DNA of 64,000 nt from Podarcis cretensis (taxonomy: Eukaryota). A model generated the notes under the pieces. The model saw only the letters and a list, made by a program, of their open reading frames with translations, did not search any database and had not been told where the DNA came from. Each line of letters begins with the position of its first letter. Position 1 is the first letter of the stretch. The translations under genes were made by a program, and so were the position numbers. The stretch covers positions 52,142,001 through 52,206,000 of the forward strand of contig OX638153.1 in the NCBI GenBank assembly GCA_951804945.1, in the 5' to 3' direction. This document shows positions 39,562 to 51,966 of the stretch, piece by piece.

Positions 39562-39695
39562 TACAGATAGGTAGCCGTGTTGGTCTGCCATAGTCAAAAC
39601 AAAATAAAAAAATTCCTTCCAGTAGCACCTTAAAGACCAACTAAGTTAGTTCTTGGTATGAGCTTTCGTGTGCATGCACACTTCTTCAGATACCA
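39562..39695 (-). mobile_element. Penelope-like element terminal-repeat fragment carrying the hammerhead
   Basis: gtagccgtgttggtctg...agtagcaccttaaagaccaacta...gagctttcg is the pattern I associate with reptile Penelope-like repeats. Confidence 0.65.
39654..39695 (-). ncRNA. Minimal type I hammerhead ribozyme motif (Penelope-like element type)
   Basis: Minus strand TGGTAT-CTGAAGA-A-GTGTG CATG CACAC-GAAA-GC-TC-ATACCA: 6-bp stem I, complete core, stem II, palindromic AGCU stem III. Confidence 0.75.
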
Positions 39696-39898
39696 CTTGT
39701 CTGTGTAAGTAGAATGCAAGGAAGTTTCAAAGCACAAGTATTCAACCAGAAAGCTCGAAAGTTCCACTGGGCAGCCAAATGCCATAATCACACTTAAAAT
39801 AACATTGTGGATTGTGCCCTTTCATTTCAGACATGTATCACACTCTCATTCTATCCCACATGCAAACTTGCATATACATATCCTGACTGGTTACCTAC

Positions 39899-40058
39899 CC
39901 TTCGACCAAGGATTTGATTGATGGCTGCACTCTCTTTCAGTGTGCATTCTGCTACAACTTTTGCTCTCATTTCCTTCATATACAACATAAATGCATTAAG
40001 AGGTTTCTTTATGTGTGGCTTCTTTTTCTCCTCTTCTTTTTTGGAGTCCTGATGTTTT
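39899..40058 (-). CDS. TCF7L2: TCF7L2 exon 10 (160 nt), first HMG-box exon: [53 protein letters not shown]
   Basis: Acceptor catccag|AAAA, donor AGG|gtaggt; canonical TCF/LEF HMG sequence. Confidence 0.98.
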
Positions 40059-40311
40059 CTGGATGGTTGACAAGAACAGACAGAAGGAGCTCGTACAACA
40101 TTGTCAAAATTCTTCTATGCACTTATCCCAATCTTTGCCTCCATCATTAAAACCACATTGAGGGGAGCAAAGAAAAACTCAAAAACCCGGAAACTAGCTG
40201 TAAAGCATCATACCAGCAGCCATGTATGGGAGAGAGCTGCCCTTGGTGCACATCCAATATAGTATTAAAACTTCGATAGATAATATGGCTTCATGAGATT
40301 ACAGTACACTA

Positions 40312-40665
40312 CAGTGGTACCTCGCAAGACGAATGCCTCGAAAGACGAAAAACTCGCAAAACGAAAGAGTTTTTCGTTTTTTGAGTTGCTTCGCAAGACG
40401 GATTTCCCTATGGGCTTGCTTCGCAAGACGAAAACGTCTTGCAAGTTTGTTTCCTTTGTCTTGCAAGTTTGTTTCCTTTTTCTTAAAACCGAGCATTCAC
40501 TTCAAGGAGCAACTCATAGCACGCGGTGTGGTAGCCTTTTTTGAGGTTTTTGAAGACTTTGGTGATTTTTGAAGCTTTTCCAAAGTCCGTGCTTCGCAAG
40601 ACAAAAAAATCGCAAGACGAAAAAACTTGCGGAACGAATTAATTTCGTCTTGCGAGGCACCACTG
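40312..40665 (+). mobile_element. 354-bp Tc1/mariner(Tigger)-like MITE in intron 9
   Basis: 22-nt TIRs CAGTGGT(A/G)CCTCGCAAGACGAA, TA duplication, internal cgcaagacg subrepeats. Confidence 0.9.
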
Positions 40666-41624
40666 TACTCCATGTATTTTTTTTACATCAGGAAAATTTA
40701 TTTACTCAGATTTTTAACCTTTTGCCATATCTACATGGGCAAACCTAGGGTTCTGTGCTCCAAAATATACATAGCCATCAGTTTTGAGTACCTGACTCTG
40801 AAGCAAATATGAGCTTTGAGGTGAACTATCATAAGATGCAGAGGTAGCAAGGAGCCATTTTACTGCCCTCACAGTAAAGGGATCCTCCCCGCTGCCCAGG
40901 ATATTTATAAACACTTCCAACAATTTTCTTCTCTTCCCCACCTGTAACTTCCCCTGTGGATCGTCAAGTAACACAGGCATCTAATAATTTACACCTTGAA
41001 CATGTGAAGAAGCTGACTTATAGTGAACCTGACCATTGGTCTAACTAGCCCAGTATTGGCAGCAGCTTTCCAAAGTCTCCAGCAGACAGGTCTTCTGAAA
41101 TCTAATCAGCTACTGGAGATGCCAGAGAGTGGACCTGGGTCATAAAGTAGGTGTTACTCTGCTGGGTTATAACCACTCTCCCCAAGGCAGTAGACAGCCT
41201 TCAAATCCCAGGTCTTAATTTTCTTGCCTAGCAATAGGTGCTGAGATATGAAGCAATTAGGATAGAGGATGACGAAGAGACAGGTATCCAAACTGTTGGA
41301 GAATGGGAAATCAAAGCCTGTGCAAGTGAACCTGCTCATGAGAATGCAAGAAGAGCCTTCCAAGATCAGAACAATGCTGTACATCTGGTTTCCAGCAGTA
41401 GCCAGCCAGGTGCCAAGCAGTGTGTGAAGGTGATAGCCCCTTCCTGATGCTTATCCCCACCATGTGGCTCTGAAATGTGTTTGCTTTTCTAAAACCAATT
41501 GAGCCAATTGTGATGACTCTGAACACAATGTCTGGGCGGATGAAAAATTGGGCCCCGGGTTAACCATTCAAAATGCTTATTTGGTTAATAATGATCTTGG
41601 CTAATAAAATTACAGCCCCAATTT

Positions 41625-41654
41625 GTGCTCGCTTTGGCAGCGCATATACTAAAT
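41625..41654 (+). pseudogene. 5' fragment of U6 snRNA (3'-truncated retrocopy)
   Basis: GTGCTCGCTTTGGCAGCGCATATACTAAA vs U6 GTGCTCGCTTCGGCAGCACATATACTAAA (2 mismatches in 29 nt); flanked by degenerate 18-nt direct repeats. Confidence 0.85.
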
Positions 41655-41832
41655 CATGGCCCCTATTTAATAAACAGCATATGAATGTGCAAAATATCTG
41701 TGGGGCAAAACTTCTCTCCAAGTCTTACTAGAAACAACATGGGATCACATTCACTGGGTTTAGCCAGAATTGTTGGCAATTGCTTTGGAAACAAATAACT
41801 GAAGTTATTTCAGAAGCTGCATACTTTGCTAT

Positions 41833-42218
41833 AAGGTAAAGGTAAAGGGACCCCTGACAATTAAGTCCAGTTGCGAACGGCTCTGGAGTTGCAATGCTCA
41901 TCTCGCTTTAAAGGCCGAGGGAGCCGGCGTTTGTCCACTTCCGCAGACAGTTTTTCCGGGTCATGTGGCCAGCATGACTAAGCTGCTTCTGGCGGAACCA
42001 GAGCAGCGCACGGAAACGCTGTTTACCTTCCCGCCGGAGCGGTACCTATTTATCTGCTTGCACTGGCGTGCTTTCGAACTGCTAGGTTGGCAGGAGCAGG
42101 GACCGAACAACACGAGTTCACCCCGTCATGGGGATTCGAACTGCCGAGCTCTCAATAGGCAAGCCCACTGTTTAACCCACAGTGCCACCAGCATCCCTGT
42201 GCCACCCACCTCCCATAA
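41833..42218 (-). mobile_element. Sauria SINE
   Basis: (AAAGGT)n tail plus gggacccctgac...; 12-bp TSD ATACTTTGCTAT at 41821-41832 and 42219-42230. Confidence 0.92.
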
Positions 42219-42751
42219 ATACTTTGCTATTAGCGACCCATAAATAAAAAGATAAGGAATTCCTGAGTGCTTCAAATACACACATTTCTTCACTATCTCG
42301 TTCAAAAACCATAGACTTCATATATATCTATACAGGCACTCTCCAAATGAAGGAAAGGGGCTTGGGATTTTCTCAGGTCTGGGGTGGGCAGGCTCATGTC
42401 TCTTTGACATCAATTCACCCTAAACAACTCAAAGGCTAATGAAAGTTAAGAGATTGTAATCACAGTCTAGGTGCTTGTAAATCCCAGCACACCCATCCCA
42501 TAGGAAAAGGGCTGTTCTTTAGTGATAGAGGTGTATGCTTTGCTTGTAGAAGGTAGTACACTTGATCCACAATATTTCCCTGTCTGAAACCCTGGAAAAC
42601 TATTGCCAATATGTGTAATATTGAGCTTGCATGGTCCAATGGTCTTTACTTTGTTTGTCATAAGGCAGCTTCCAATATTCCACACCTTCTACAATAAGCA
42701 ACATTAAATAAAAGTTTGTAAAATAGATTTGAATATTAAAAAAATACTTAC

Positions 42752-42892
42752 GAGCTGTGGAGTGAGCCGACATCATTCTGGGAAGATTCCTGTTTGACTG
42801 TTGGGGTGACTATGGCCGGATGAGGGATCCCAGTCGTATGTAAACTATGATGTGGAGGGACCATGTGTGGAGGGAACCTAGAGGAGAGAAAG
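42752..42892 (-). CDS. TCF7L2: TCF7L2 exon 9 (141 nt with SFLSS; alternative acceptor starting the exon at 42877 gives 126 nt): [43 protein letters not shown]
   Basis: Two acceptors 15 nt apart (acacag|CTTT and ctctag|GTTC); donor GCTC|gtaagt; ORF 42748..43035. Confidence 0.97.
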
Positions 42893-45800
42893 CTGTGTAA
42901 ATCGTCAGAATAAAAATGAATGAATGGGGAGGGGTGTGTACACGCATATAATAAAAGGCATATAAAAAGCAAACAAACTCTAGACAAGTATATATGAATA
43001 CTGGCAACAACAATAAATGATACTTTAAACATCATAACTCTTCTACTTTCATGAACACAAATAACAACTTTTTAAATAATAATAATAGTAACAATAACAA
43101 CAACAACAATAATAATAATAGTTCAGTTCAGTTCATGGTTAAAAAAAAAATAGAAATTTGACCACTCCTTCTTCATTGTAAAGTGCAGGTCCTACTCATA
43201 TAAAATTATGGGGAAACAGCCTCTGGGGAGTTGAACTTTTAATATGAACCTCAAATCAGGCTGAGGATTACAAAATGGCTCTTTATTTCATTGCTATAAA
43301 TAGCAAGTGTTTGTGGTACCTCGATTTACATGCAATTCTTCACCTTATTAGCTATAGTCTCTTAAAATGGAGCGTAAGAAAATTGGGGTTTTTTGTTTTT
43401 TTTTTAATCATTGTCTTATAACTCCATAGCACAGGAAATCAAATTTGAAATTGACTTGAGATTTAAAAGCAGGGACTTCTTAAAGAGGGAAAACAGGAAA
43501 CATTTGAAAGGAAAATGGGAGATGTGAGTGATAAGATCCAAATGTACAGTCATATAAATATTGAATCATGTACTGGTGTTGTGCCTATGTTCCTATAGCC
43601 ATCTTTCACTAAACAAGAATAAATAAATATGCTTTCTAGTGGCAAAACAATACACTGATTAATGAATGGTGTTCAAGTGTACTCAAGTAAGTAGCAGCAA
43701 CATTAAAGTTGACTAGGCTATTTCCCTTCAATCCTAAAACGCTACTCTAGAAGGGGTGTGTATGTGTGTGCTGAACCAAAGAGAGATGGGAGAAGAAGTA
43801 GAGTCCTTCACCTCAACCCACATGCAAAATTGCACAGGTCCCTCTCATCTTTTTGTCATTCTTTGCCATATTCTAATCTAGCATAACCAAGCTACAGACA
43901 ACAACAATGGCATATGCTAGTGCCAGAAGCCGCTCAGTAGGTGAGGCCAAGCAGATCACCTGTGATAGCTTCCCAACAGGTGGGCCGCTATTGCTTACTG
44001 GAAGAGGCAGGAGCAAGGCGTCTGCTTGATGCAAATGCAGCAGCAGAGCCAATCTGAAGATCCTGGCTGGTTGCCCTTCACCAACCTCCCCACCACCTCA
44101 TTCCTGCTGCTCCCAGGAGCAACACACTCAACTACCAGCCAGGAAGCTAGTATAGTGGCTCCATCCCACCTCGCAAGCTGTTCCTGGGAAGGAATAAAGC
44201 TTTACAGATATTGGTAGGGTTGTGTCATATTGGCATCCACTTAGTTAAATAGGACTAGGTATGAAGGTTTCCGTCTTGTGACCAGTGTGTGGAGTGTCTG
44301 GGTATCAGGTGGAGGTATAATACCGGCTCCTGCCCTAGACACGGCTCCCACTGACTTCCACTGGCTCCAGAGTGTAGTGTCACTTTGCCTCTCCTGGTGA
44401 CCCCAGGGCATGGATGCCTTAAACACTTCAAAGCCTTTCATTCCTGGCATGGATATACTCATCACCAACTCACTTCCTTCCCTTATTCATGTTGGATTCA
44501 GCACTTGGGACAGGTGTAGCATCAAATGAGAAGGGGTTAGAAGGGGGTGAAGCAATGAGAATGGGAAAGAAAAGAGACTTGCCACTCCTCAATATTACCA
44601 ACCCTAGCCTTCAAATTGGTAGGCTGTTATCTCATTCTAATTATGGAAACTGTTTTCACCCAAATTGGGATATGCATACAGTTGGTCTTCTAGCCCTTAG
44701 CTGATTGTTTTCCTTGTATGGGAAGGGAAAAGCAGAGTGACATAATATAGGGGGCACAGAGAAGATGGGAATGGTCAATGTCCATTCTGTTCCTCTGTTC
44801 CCCAAAAGAATTTCTTAGGTGGGAAAGCTTGGGTTTCTGCTAGAACAATGTAACCTTCCCACATGTCCCCTAAATATGTTCTGGGTTCCCCCCCTCCCAA
44901 GCCTCCAGAGCAGATTTAGGGGCCATGCAGAGAAAGGACAGGGAGGGGAAGTTCTATTTAACAGCCAGAAGTGCTTATAAACAGGAGCAGAGAGGTGTTT
45001 TCATTTCCAAGATAAGTTTGCAAATCATTATTGAGAATGACTATGGAGGCGGAACTAAGAATTGTGGCAGGGACAAGGAAAGTAGATATTGTACTAACTT
45101 TGGTTTGGTTTTGTGATAGAAGAAGAGAAGACAAGGTGAGAAACCAGGTGTACTACACTACAAAAGGGGCTGTGTTGACTTGTCAAAATGTCATTTTCAG
45201 CACCAGTTTGTACATTGTTTTTTGATGTAGTGAAGCAACAACAGTCTATCATAATTTCATATGGAGAAGAATTTGTGTGAAGGAGTTTCTTCCCATGGGA
45301 AAAGAATGGGAAACTTCCTGCATCACAGAGATAATATGAGAACCATATTTTTCCCCCAATGAAGATTTTTAAGGTATGTCATATTCTTCACTTTGCCATG
45401 GAAAAGGTTGCGGCAAAGCTACTGTATACAATCATAAACCTTGTTACAAAACAACACAATAAACAACCTAAGGAACACCAGGATGGAAATCTCATTATTA
45501 TTCTACTTTAACTAACATTTAATTTCTGGAGGTTGGGACGGAAGGTAAATAAAATTGAGGGTATGCCAAAGAAAGAGCAGGGAACTTAAAAAAGAAATAC
45601 CAAGCAGTAAAGAAGATACTACTTCTGGTATCTGAGAAAACAGACTCCACCATACAAAAGCTCAGAGTGATAGTCAACTAAGTTTTACTCAGAGTAGACC
45701 TATTAAGATCAATGACCATGCTTATTAATTTCAATGGGTGTACTGTGAATAAAACATAATAGAATACTACCCTCAAATTTGTTTGTATTTTTTTAAAAAA

Positions 45801-46020
45801 AACAACTGCATGGGATTTCTGATTATAACTACAAAGGTACTTATCCAGACTCAAACTTTATGTTCAGCTGTAAAATACGTGGTCACAGAATCATAGAATC
45901 GAAAGAGACCACAAGGGTCATCTAGTCCAAATGCCTGCAATGTAAGCCATAAAAGTTTGCTACGCCTTTGGGGTGTAGCAGGGCATAAAAGAAGTGGGCA
46001 AAGTTATATGTTCAACAGTA

Positions 46021-46357
46021 AAGGTAAAGGTAAAGGGACCCCTGACCATTAGGTCCAGTCGTGACCGACTCTGGGGTTGTGGCGCTCATCTCGCTTTATT
46101 GGCCGAGGGAGCCAGCATATAGCTTCCAGGTCATGTGGCCAGCATGACTAGGTCGCTTCTGGCGAACCAGAGCAGCACACAGAAACGCCGTTTACCTTCC
46201 CGCTGGAGCGGTACCTATTTATCTACTTGCACTTTGACGTGCTTTCGAACTGCTAGGTTGGCAGGAGCAGGGACCGAGCAATTGGGGATTCGAACTGCCG
46301 ACCTTCTGATCGGCAAGTCCTAGACTCTGTGGTTTAACCCACAGCACCACCCGCGTC
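46021..46357 (-). mobile_element. Sauria SINE, second copy
   Basis: Highly similar to the 41833 copy; imperfect TSD caacagta / caagagta. Confidence 0.92.
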
Positions 46358-46532
46358 CAAGAGTAGAGAGGTGTAAAATATGAGTTGATGCCCAATTTCA
46401 GAATTTGACAGAGAGCTGTAATGTGTGAGTGTGAGAGAGAGGGGGGGCAGGGAGGGTGAGAGAGAAGATAGTAATCTACTTTAGTGCTTAATTCTGTGTC
46501 TGTGTGAAGGGGGGGAATCTATCATCTTTTTA

Positions 46533-46563
<31 letters not shown>

Positions 46564-47853
46564 TAATTAATTAAATAAATAAATAAATAAAATTAAATAT
46601 TAAATCAAACCACCTATTCAATACAACGGGGCATGATTATAAAAGGCACATGTCCTGCACTCATGCATGTCAAAAGAGAACAAGCATAAACATATGAATG
46701 TGGTGCATGTTCAATTACACAGAGCATATTTAGCAATGTAAAAAACTGCATGTCAGCAAAAATGCTTAATCACACTATTCATCACACAGTAGGTCTTAAA
46801 GTTGAAATTTTCACATATGAAATAAAAGCACACATTGTACATTTTAATGTGTTTTGTCCATTAAACATAGAGAACATGTTTCATTGTGCACACACATGCC
46901 ATGTGCATGCACATGTGGATTATTTTTTAAACGCTACCCCTTTTTCTGCGTGTTTGTTTGCATAGCGTGCTATCACGTATAAAGGACACACACCCTTCTT
47001 TGACTGAGAAATTCCTTTCCGCAGACAAGTATTCTATGAATTGCAATAAACACCCTAAAAAATTCTAAGCAGCTCATTATATACCCCTGTCTGCTTTTAT
47101 GGCTCCAAGCCAGAATATAATGATGAGCCGTAACTTGTTAAGGACAACTAATTTTTTGTTCCTGGCTGTCTCAGGGGCTTCTCTCTTACTCACTCTCACT
47201 TTACTTCACTGTTGACATGTTTCTGTTAACTGGATGTCATCTGCCTGCCTTGATTTTATGCACAAGCAGTGGGATGCATTTTTTCGTGCAACAATTCTGC
47301 TTTGAGTTGCATTAGATTTGTCATTATTTCCTCATTTTCCCCTTGCACTTGTAACATTTCATCTATTCCTGCCTCTCCCCCCCTTTTTTCCCTCCTTTTT
47401 TTGAGCCACGGTGCACCCATATTATGGTTTATACATGATCTTGCTCCCTTTGAAGCCGGCAGATTTCAGAGCCAGCCCTCGTCAGGAGAAGTGCCTGCTA
47501 CCAATTTAGCAGGCTGAGGGCCCCGAGCTCCAACATCTCAATCTAAAGGGGGTCACAGAGTGGCACAAGCGAGTGTCAGCAAGTGCTGTTTAATTGCCAA
47601 TCTTGGCTTCTCCATGGTGTTTAAAGTATAATGACCCATCACTTAATTCTGAGAAGTCCTGGCCCTGCTGCTGAATAGAATGAATATCAAAGGATGTGCT
47701 AGAACAGGGCAAGGAGCATACAATTCCTATAACTGCTGTAAGTATAATAGACTTGTACTTCTGTCGTCCCATTACCACAATAATGTATTTAATTTGCTGT
47801 ATACCCTTTTTAACTAGATCCCTTTCATAAAGGCATATCTAAGGGATAGAACT

Positions 47854-47892
<39 letters not shown>

Positions 47893-49005
47893 CCTGCCCC
47901 TTGCAAAAAACTAAACAGATAAATAGAACAGCCTTAATAATAATTAAGATGAACTCAGACTCATTTTTATTGCCCTTTCTCAGCTTGCCAGTCTTTTTCA
48001 CAAATGTGCAATATTAGCAGAAATGTTAGCATTAGGGAATCTGGGTTTTAATTATATTTGTGTGTGCAGAATTGGTTTGCTGCCTCGTTCTGCGACTGTT
48101 TAAGAGAAGAGTTATCTGCTAGCCATGAAGTTTCCTTTAGCTTCTCTGTGCCCTTTGCTTCCTCAAACCCTTCCTCCTCTGTAATCTAACCTTCACGTAT
48201 TAACTGCAGGGATTGGAAAGGTCCAGGAGGGGGGCGGGAGTTGAGGGGGAAATGTGGAACCTTGCTATGTAATGCATGCTAATTTAATTATGTACCATCA
48301 TCAAAATGGATTAGCTGTTTCAGCCCATCAGGAAAGTCTAAACCTCCACCGATTTAATTAACTAGACTGAAAATCAGATGAACAGAGAATAAAACTATCA
48401 TTAGGAGCAATTAGTGATTACTTAAACATAGTGCTGCCAAGCAGTTTGTAAATAAAACTAGCAGCCCTTGGAAAATTAGCTGGAATTAATTGGAGGTTGG
48501 GGCAGAGAGAGAGAAAATATATACTTCTAAGCCCTTTAGAGGATCAGGTGGGTCTTTTTATGTCAACTAAAAATAATTTGAGCTTGGGAATGAGAAGAAA
48601 ATGCAACACCCCTCCTTCTAAGTCTGCTTGCATAATAAAAGCAGACAGACCCTGTTCTTCATAGAAAACCTTGCTTGAAATGAGAGCCATGGAGAAAGCA
48701 AAACCTGCAACAGCATAATCTCCAGGCTTCTCAATATCATAGGGTTACAATGATGCCTCCCTCTAGTTAGTTAAGAATTAAAATAAATGCAGTTCAAAAG
48801 CACTGATCTTCAAGAATGGACTTATATGATAAGGCTTTGTCACTGGGAACGATGTGAGGGTTCCCCACACCCGCCCCAAACTAAAACAAAGATCATTGCA
48901 TAACTAAATCAAGGCATTTTTTTAGCAAACGTCACTGCCCTACAGAGAGTGATAAACAGAAGTAGCAGATGCCCCTACTTCTGGACCTGAGTACTTTGAA
49001 CTCAC

Positions 49006-49092
49006 CTTGACATGGAAGCATTGACAGTCAGAGCGGTTGGGTAGGGATGTCGGAATCCCCCTGTTGTGATTGGATAGACTGGTTGACCTTGC
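49006..49092 (-). CDS. TCF7L2: TCF7L2 exon 8 (87 nt): QGQPVYPITTGGFRHPYPTALTVNASMS
   Basis: Acceptor ctttctag|GCAA, donor TCAAG|gtgagt; manual translation. Confidence 0.97.
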
Positions 49093-49159
49093 CTAGAAAG
49101 ATGGGAGGAGGGGGAAAGAATGAGTAAAAAACCAGGGGTATGTATTTTTGGCATTTTAA

Positions 49160-49202
<43 letters not shown>

Positions 49203-49260
49203 CAGTAAGCTTTATTCTCATTTGATCAGAACAAAAATCTTGGGGATTGTACAGCACGGA

Positions 49261-49640
49261 NNNNNNNNNNNNNNNNNNNNNNNNNNNNNNNNNNNNNNNN
49301 NNNNNNNNNNNNNNNNNNNNNNNNNNNNNNNNNNNNNNNNNNNNNNNNNNNNNNNNNNNNNNNNNNNNNNNNNNNNNNNNNNNNNNNNNNNNNNNNNNNN
49401 NNNNNNNNNNNNNNNNNNNNNNNNNNNNNNNNNNNNNNNNNNNNNNNNNNNNNNNNNNNNNNNNNNNNNNNNNNNNNNNNNNNNNNNNNNNNNNNNNNNN
49501 NNNNNNNNNNNNNNNNNNNNNNNNNNNNNNNNNNNNNNNNNNNNNNNNNNNNNNNNNNNNNNNNNNNNNNNNNNNNNNNNNNNNNNNNNNNNNNNNNNNN
49601 NNNNNNNNNNNNNNNNNNNNNNNNNNNNNNNNNNNNNNNN
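49261..49640. other. Assembly gap (N run)
   Basis: Direct read. Confidence 1.
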
Positions 49641-50707
49641 CAAGAAGTATTGTGGGTAACCAATAGACAATCATACCTCATTACAATAATTAAAAAATAC
49701 AGCAACATGCAAAACAGCATCCTCATGAAAGCTACACAACTTTTTCTGATTGAGGTTTGTCTGTGTTGGCTGGTCCTTTTCATCTGTCTTTCAAATGTAT
49801 CCACTGAACGGGTAAGTTGTTATTTGGGGTGTGAGTTTTTCTTGAAAGGTTACTCTGCTAAATATACTCACAGACCATCTTAATACAGAGCAGAGCCCAT
49901 AAATGGTTAAAATAATAAAAATACCAGGTGGACAGTCCTATCTTTTAAAGGAATTTGATGTTTATGCTCTTTGGCTCTTCAAAAAGTTGCATGGGGTACA
50001 AGAAAAGTTATCTCTCTGAAGAAAAGGGGGGGGGGGAATGATAGTTGTACATTAAAATGTCTTTGAAATACCCAAACAGTTATTTATTATGAATTCTGTA
50101 AAATCTACTCCTGCATACAGAAGATATGTAGGTAGCCCATCAAATGACAAGACATTGTAAAAGTCCTACTACAATATAGAAACCAAAGGTATATTGGTGT
50201 TTGTTTGGATAACTGTCACAGGGAGAACAAGAGGCTAGTGATTCTATTTTCCTGCTATTATTTTCTTCCTTTGAAGTGTGAACTTTCTGAAGCATAATCA
50301 GGATGTGTTTTCTTAAAATGCAGTTTTCCCCCCCTAGGGATCACACATTTTGTCTATAAAAATAAGAAATAGGCCGATAGGACCAGGAAAATGAATAGAA
50401 TAGTGTACCACCTGTAAAAGGAACCACTGTTTCCAGGTGGCCACATAAAGGGCCACAGTTTCCAATTCTGGAAGTATATTTGAGCTGTATATACTACAGT
50501 ATAATAGTATAGTGATAGTACTTTACTAGGCTGATATTTTTTCAGTGCAAACAACCTTTCTCCCATTTCAAAACCAAAAGGTTGCAGGGACATAGGGAAC
50601 CTGCTACTTAAAATGGGTTACATAATAAAGGAACTTATTTGAAGCTAAAATTAGATTAATAAAGCCAAACAGAATGAAAGGAGGGGACAACACCACAAAT
50701 CAGGGGG

Positions 50708-50712
<5 letters not shown>

Positions 50713-50761
<49 letters not shown>
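50713..50761. repeat. (GA)n microsatellite; (CT)n runs also at ~47856-47889 and ~49163-49199
   Basis: Direct read. Confidence 0.95.
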
Positions 50762-50763
<2 letters not shown>

Positions 50764-51194
50764 TGGTTCAAGTTAATACTCAAAATCATCAATGTACTTT
50801 TTGCATCTAATGCATTTCGACTAATTGTCATATTCAGACTCATGTAAATCACACAATCTTACTACAGTGGCTTATTACAACTATTAATTTAGAGCACGTT
50901 GCAATCAATTGTTTCAACTAGTGCCGTGGAACAGGATTGCGCAAGATTTGCTTGTCGCTGAAGAAGACAGGTAATCAAAATGTTTGAGGAAATTTACATG
51001 CCACAACACATTTTTTTAAAGCATTGTTTTAAGATTTTGCCTCTTTTAATTTTAATTTTCAGATTAGTAAGACCATTACTGCACCTATTCATTAGACATT
51101 GCAAAAATACTGCCTACACATTAGAACTCTTCTTCCCTCTTGTTGTTATTACACATTTTGAAATTAGGTTCTCCCCATGAGCTCCCTCCTGCAG

Positions 51195-51330
51195 CCAGTA
51201 GAGCCTGAGACTCTTTATCTCAGGATTGTGGGTTTGAGACCCATGTGGGGCAAAAGATTCCAGCATTGCAGCGGGTGGGGCTAGATGACCCTCATGGTCC
51301 CTTCCAACTCCACAATTCTATGATCCTATC
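51195..51330 (+). mobile_element. tRNA-head SINE with CR1-type 3' tail
   Basis: tRNA-like head, then ctagatgaccctcatggtcccttccaactccacaattctatgat (CR1 3' end); a reverse tail relic lies at 45884-45945. Confidence 0.7.
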
Positions 51331-51863
51331 ATTCACTTAGCTCTCTCCCAATTTTTAAGCCATGTTCCAGCCCATTGAAAAATATTATCCCAAACCTTGG
51401 AAACAAGAATTAAAGGGGAATGCAAATGTAATGCAATTACACAAAGCGCAACAGTAGTGCACTATAAAAATAATAGGGTATCAGCAAGGGATGTTTCTGA
51501 AACAGCAATCCTACAAATTATACTATCCAGAACGTTTTCACCCCACCCTTTCAGAACAAATGTTTGACATTTATGATCCATGGGTCACCCTCCGATGTCA
51601 GGACACATGAAATGATGCCCTCATGCTCTGTTCTTATTTAACACGCAATGACCCGTCACTTTAGTTCATTTAATCTTTATTGAGCAAAAGTTATTGATTT
51701 GCCCATGCCATAAACTGGCAGCTGGCAAGCATGCTTAACTCAACGTATGCATTTCAGGCAAAGCAAATAAGCACAATTATCCTTCCCCCCCCCACTCCCC
51801 CGCCCCCACATATGTACAAAAATGAAAAATAAAAAATAAAATGAAAAAAATGGAACTCCTTAC

Positions 51864-51966
51864 TGTGGTACTAACCATCCTAGCGGATGGGGGATTTGCC
51901 CTACAGTGCCCGGTGATAGTGGATAATAAGGAGATATATCTGGAGGGTGCGGAGGCCGTGGAATTC
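51864..51966 (-). CDS. TCF7L2: TCF7L2 exon 7 (103 nt; alternative donor ends the exon at 51876 and removes LVPQ): (G)[34 protein letters not shown]
   Basis: Acceptor ttccctag|GAATT; donors GGATG|gttagt and CCACA|gtaagg lie 12 nt apart, the known LVPQ alternative 5' splice site. Confidence 0.97.

Noticed and set aside
39890-39898. Tandem +4 donors (GTAGGT) at exons 10, 11 and 16
   Set aside because: GT at +5/+6 is part of the donor consensus; no evidence of use.
40312-40665. Regularly recurring cgcaagacg units resembling a CRISPR-like array
   Set aside because: Eukaryotic context; these are internal subrepeats of a TIR-bounded MITE with irregular spacing.
45626-45665. Second hammerhead-like relic (ggtatctgagaaaac...aaaagctca) on the plus strand
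   Set aside because: The core is broken (no CUGAnGA or GAAA), stem II does not pair, and it is antisense to the gene.
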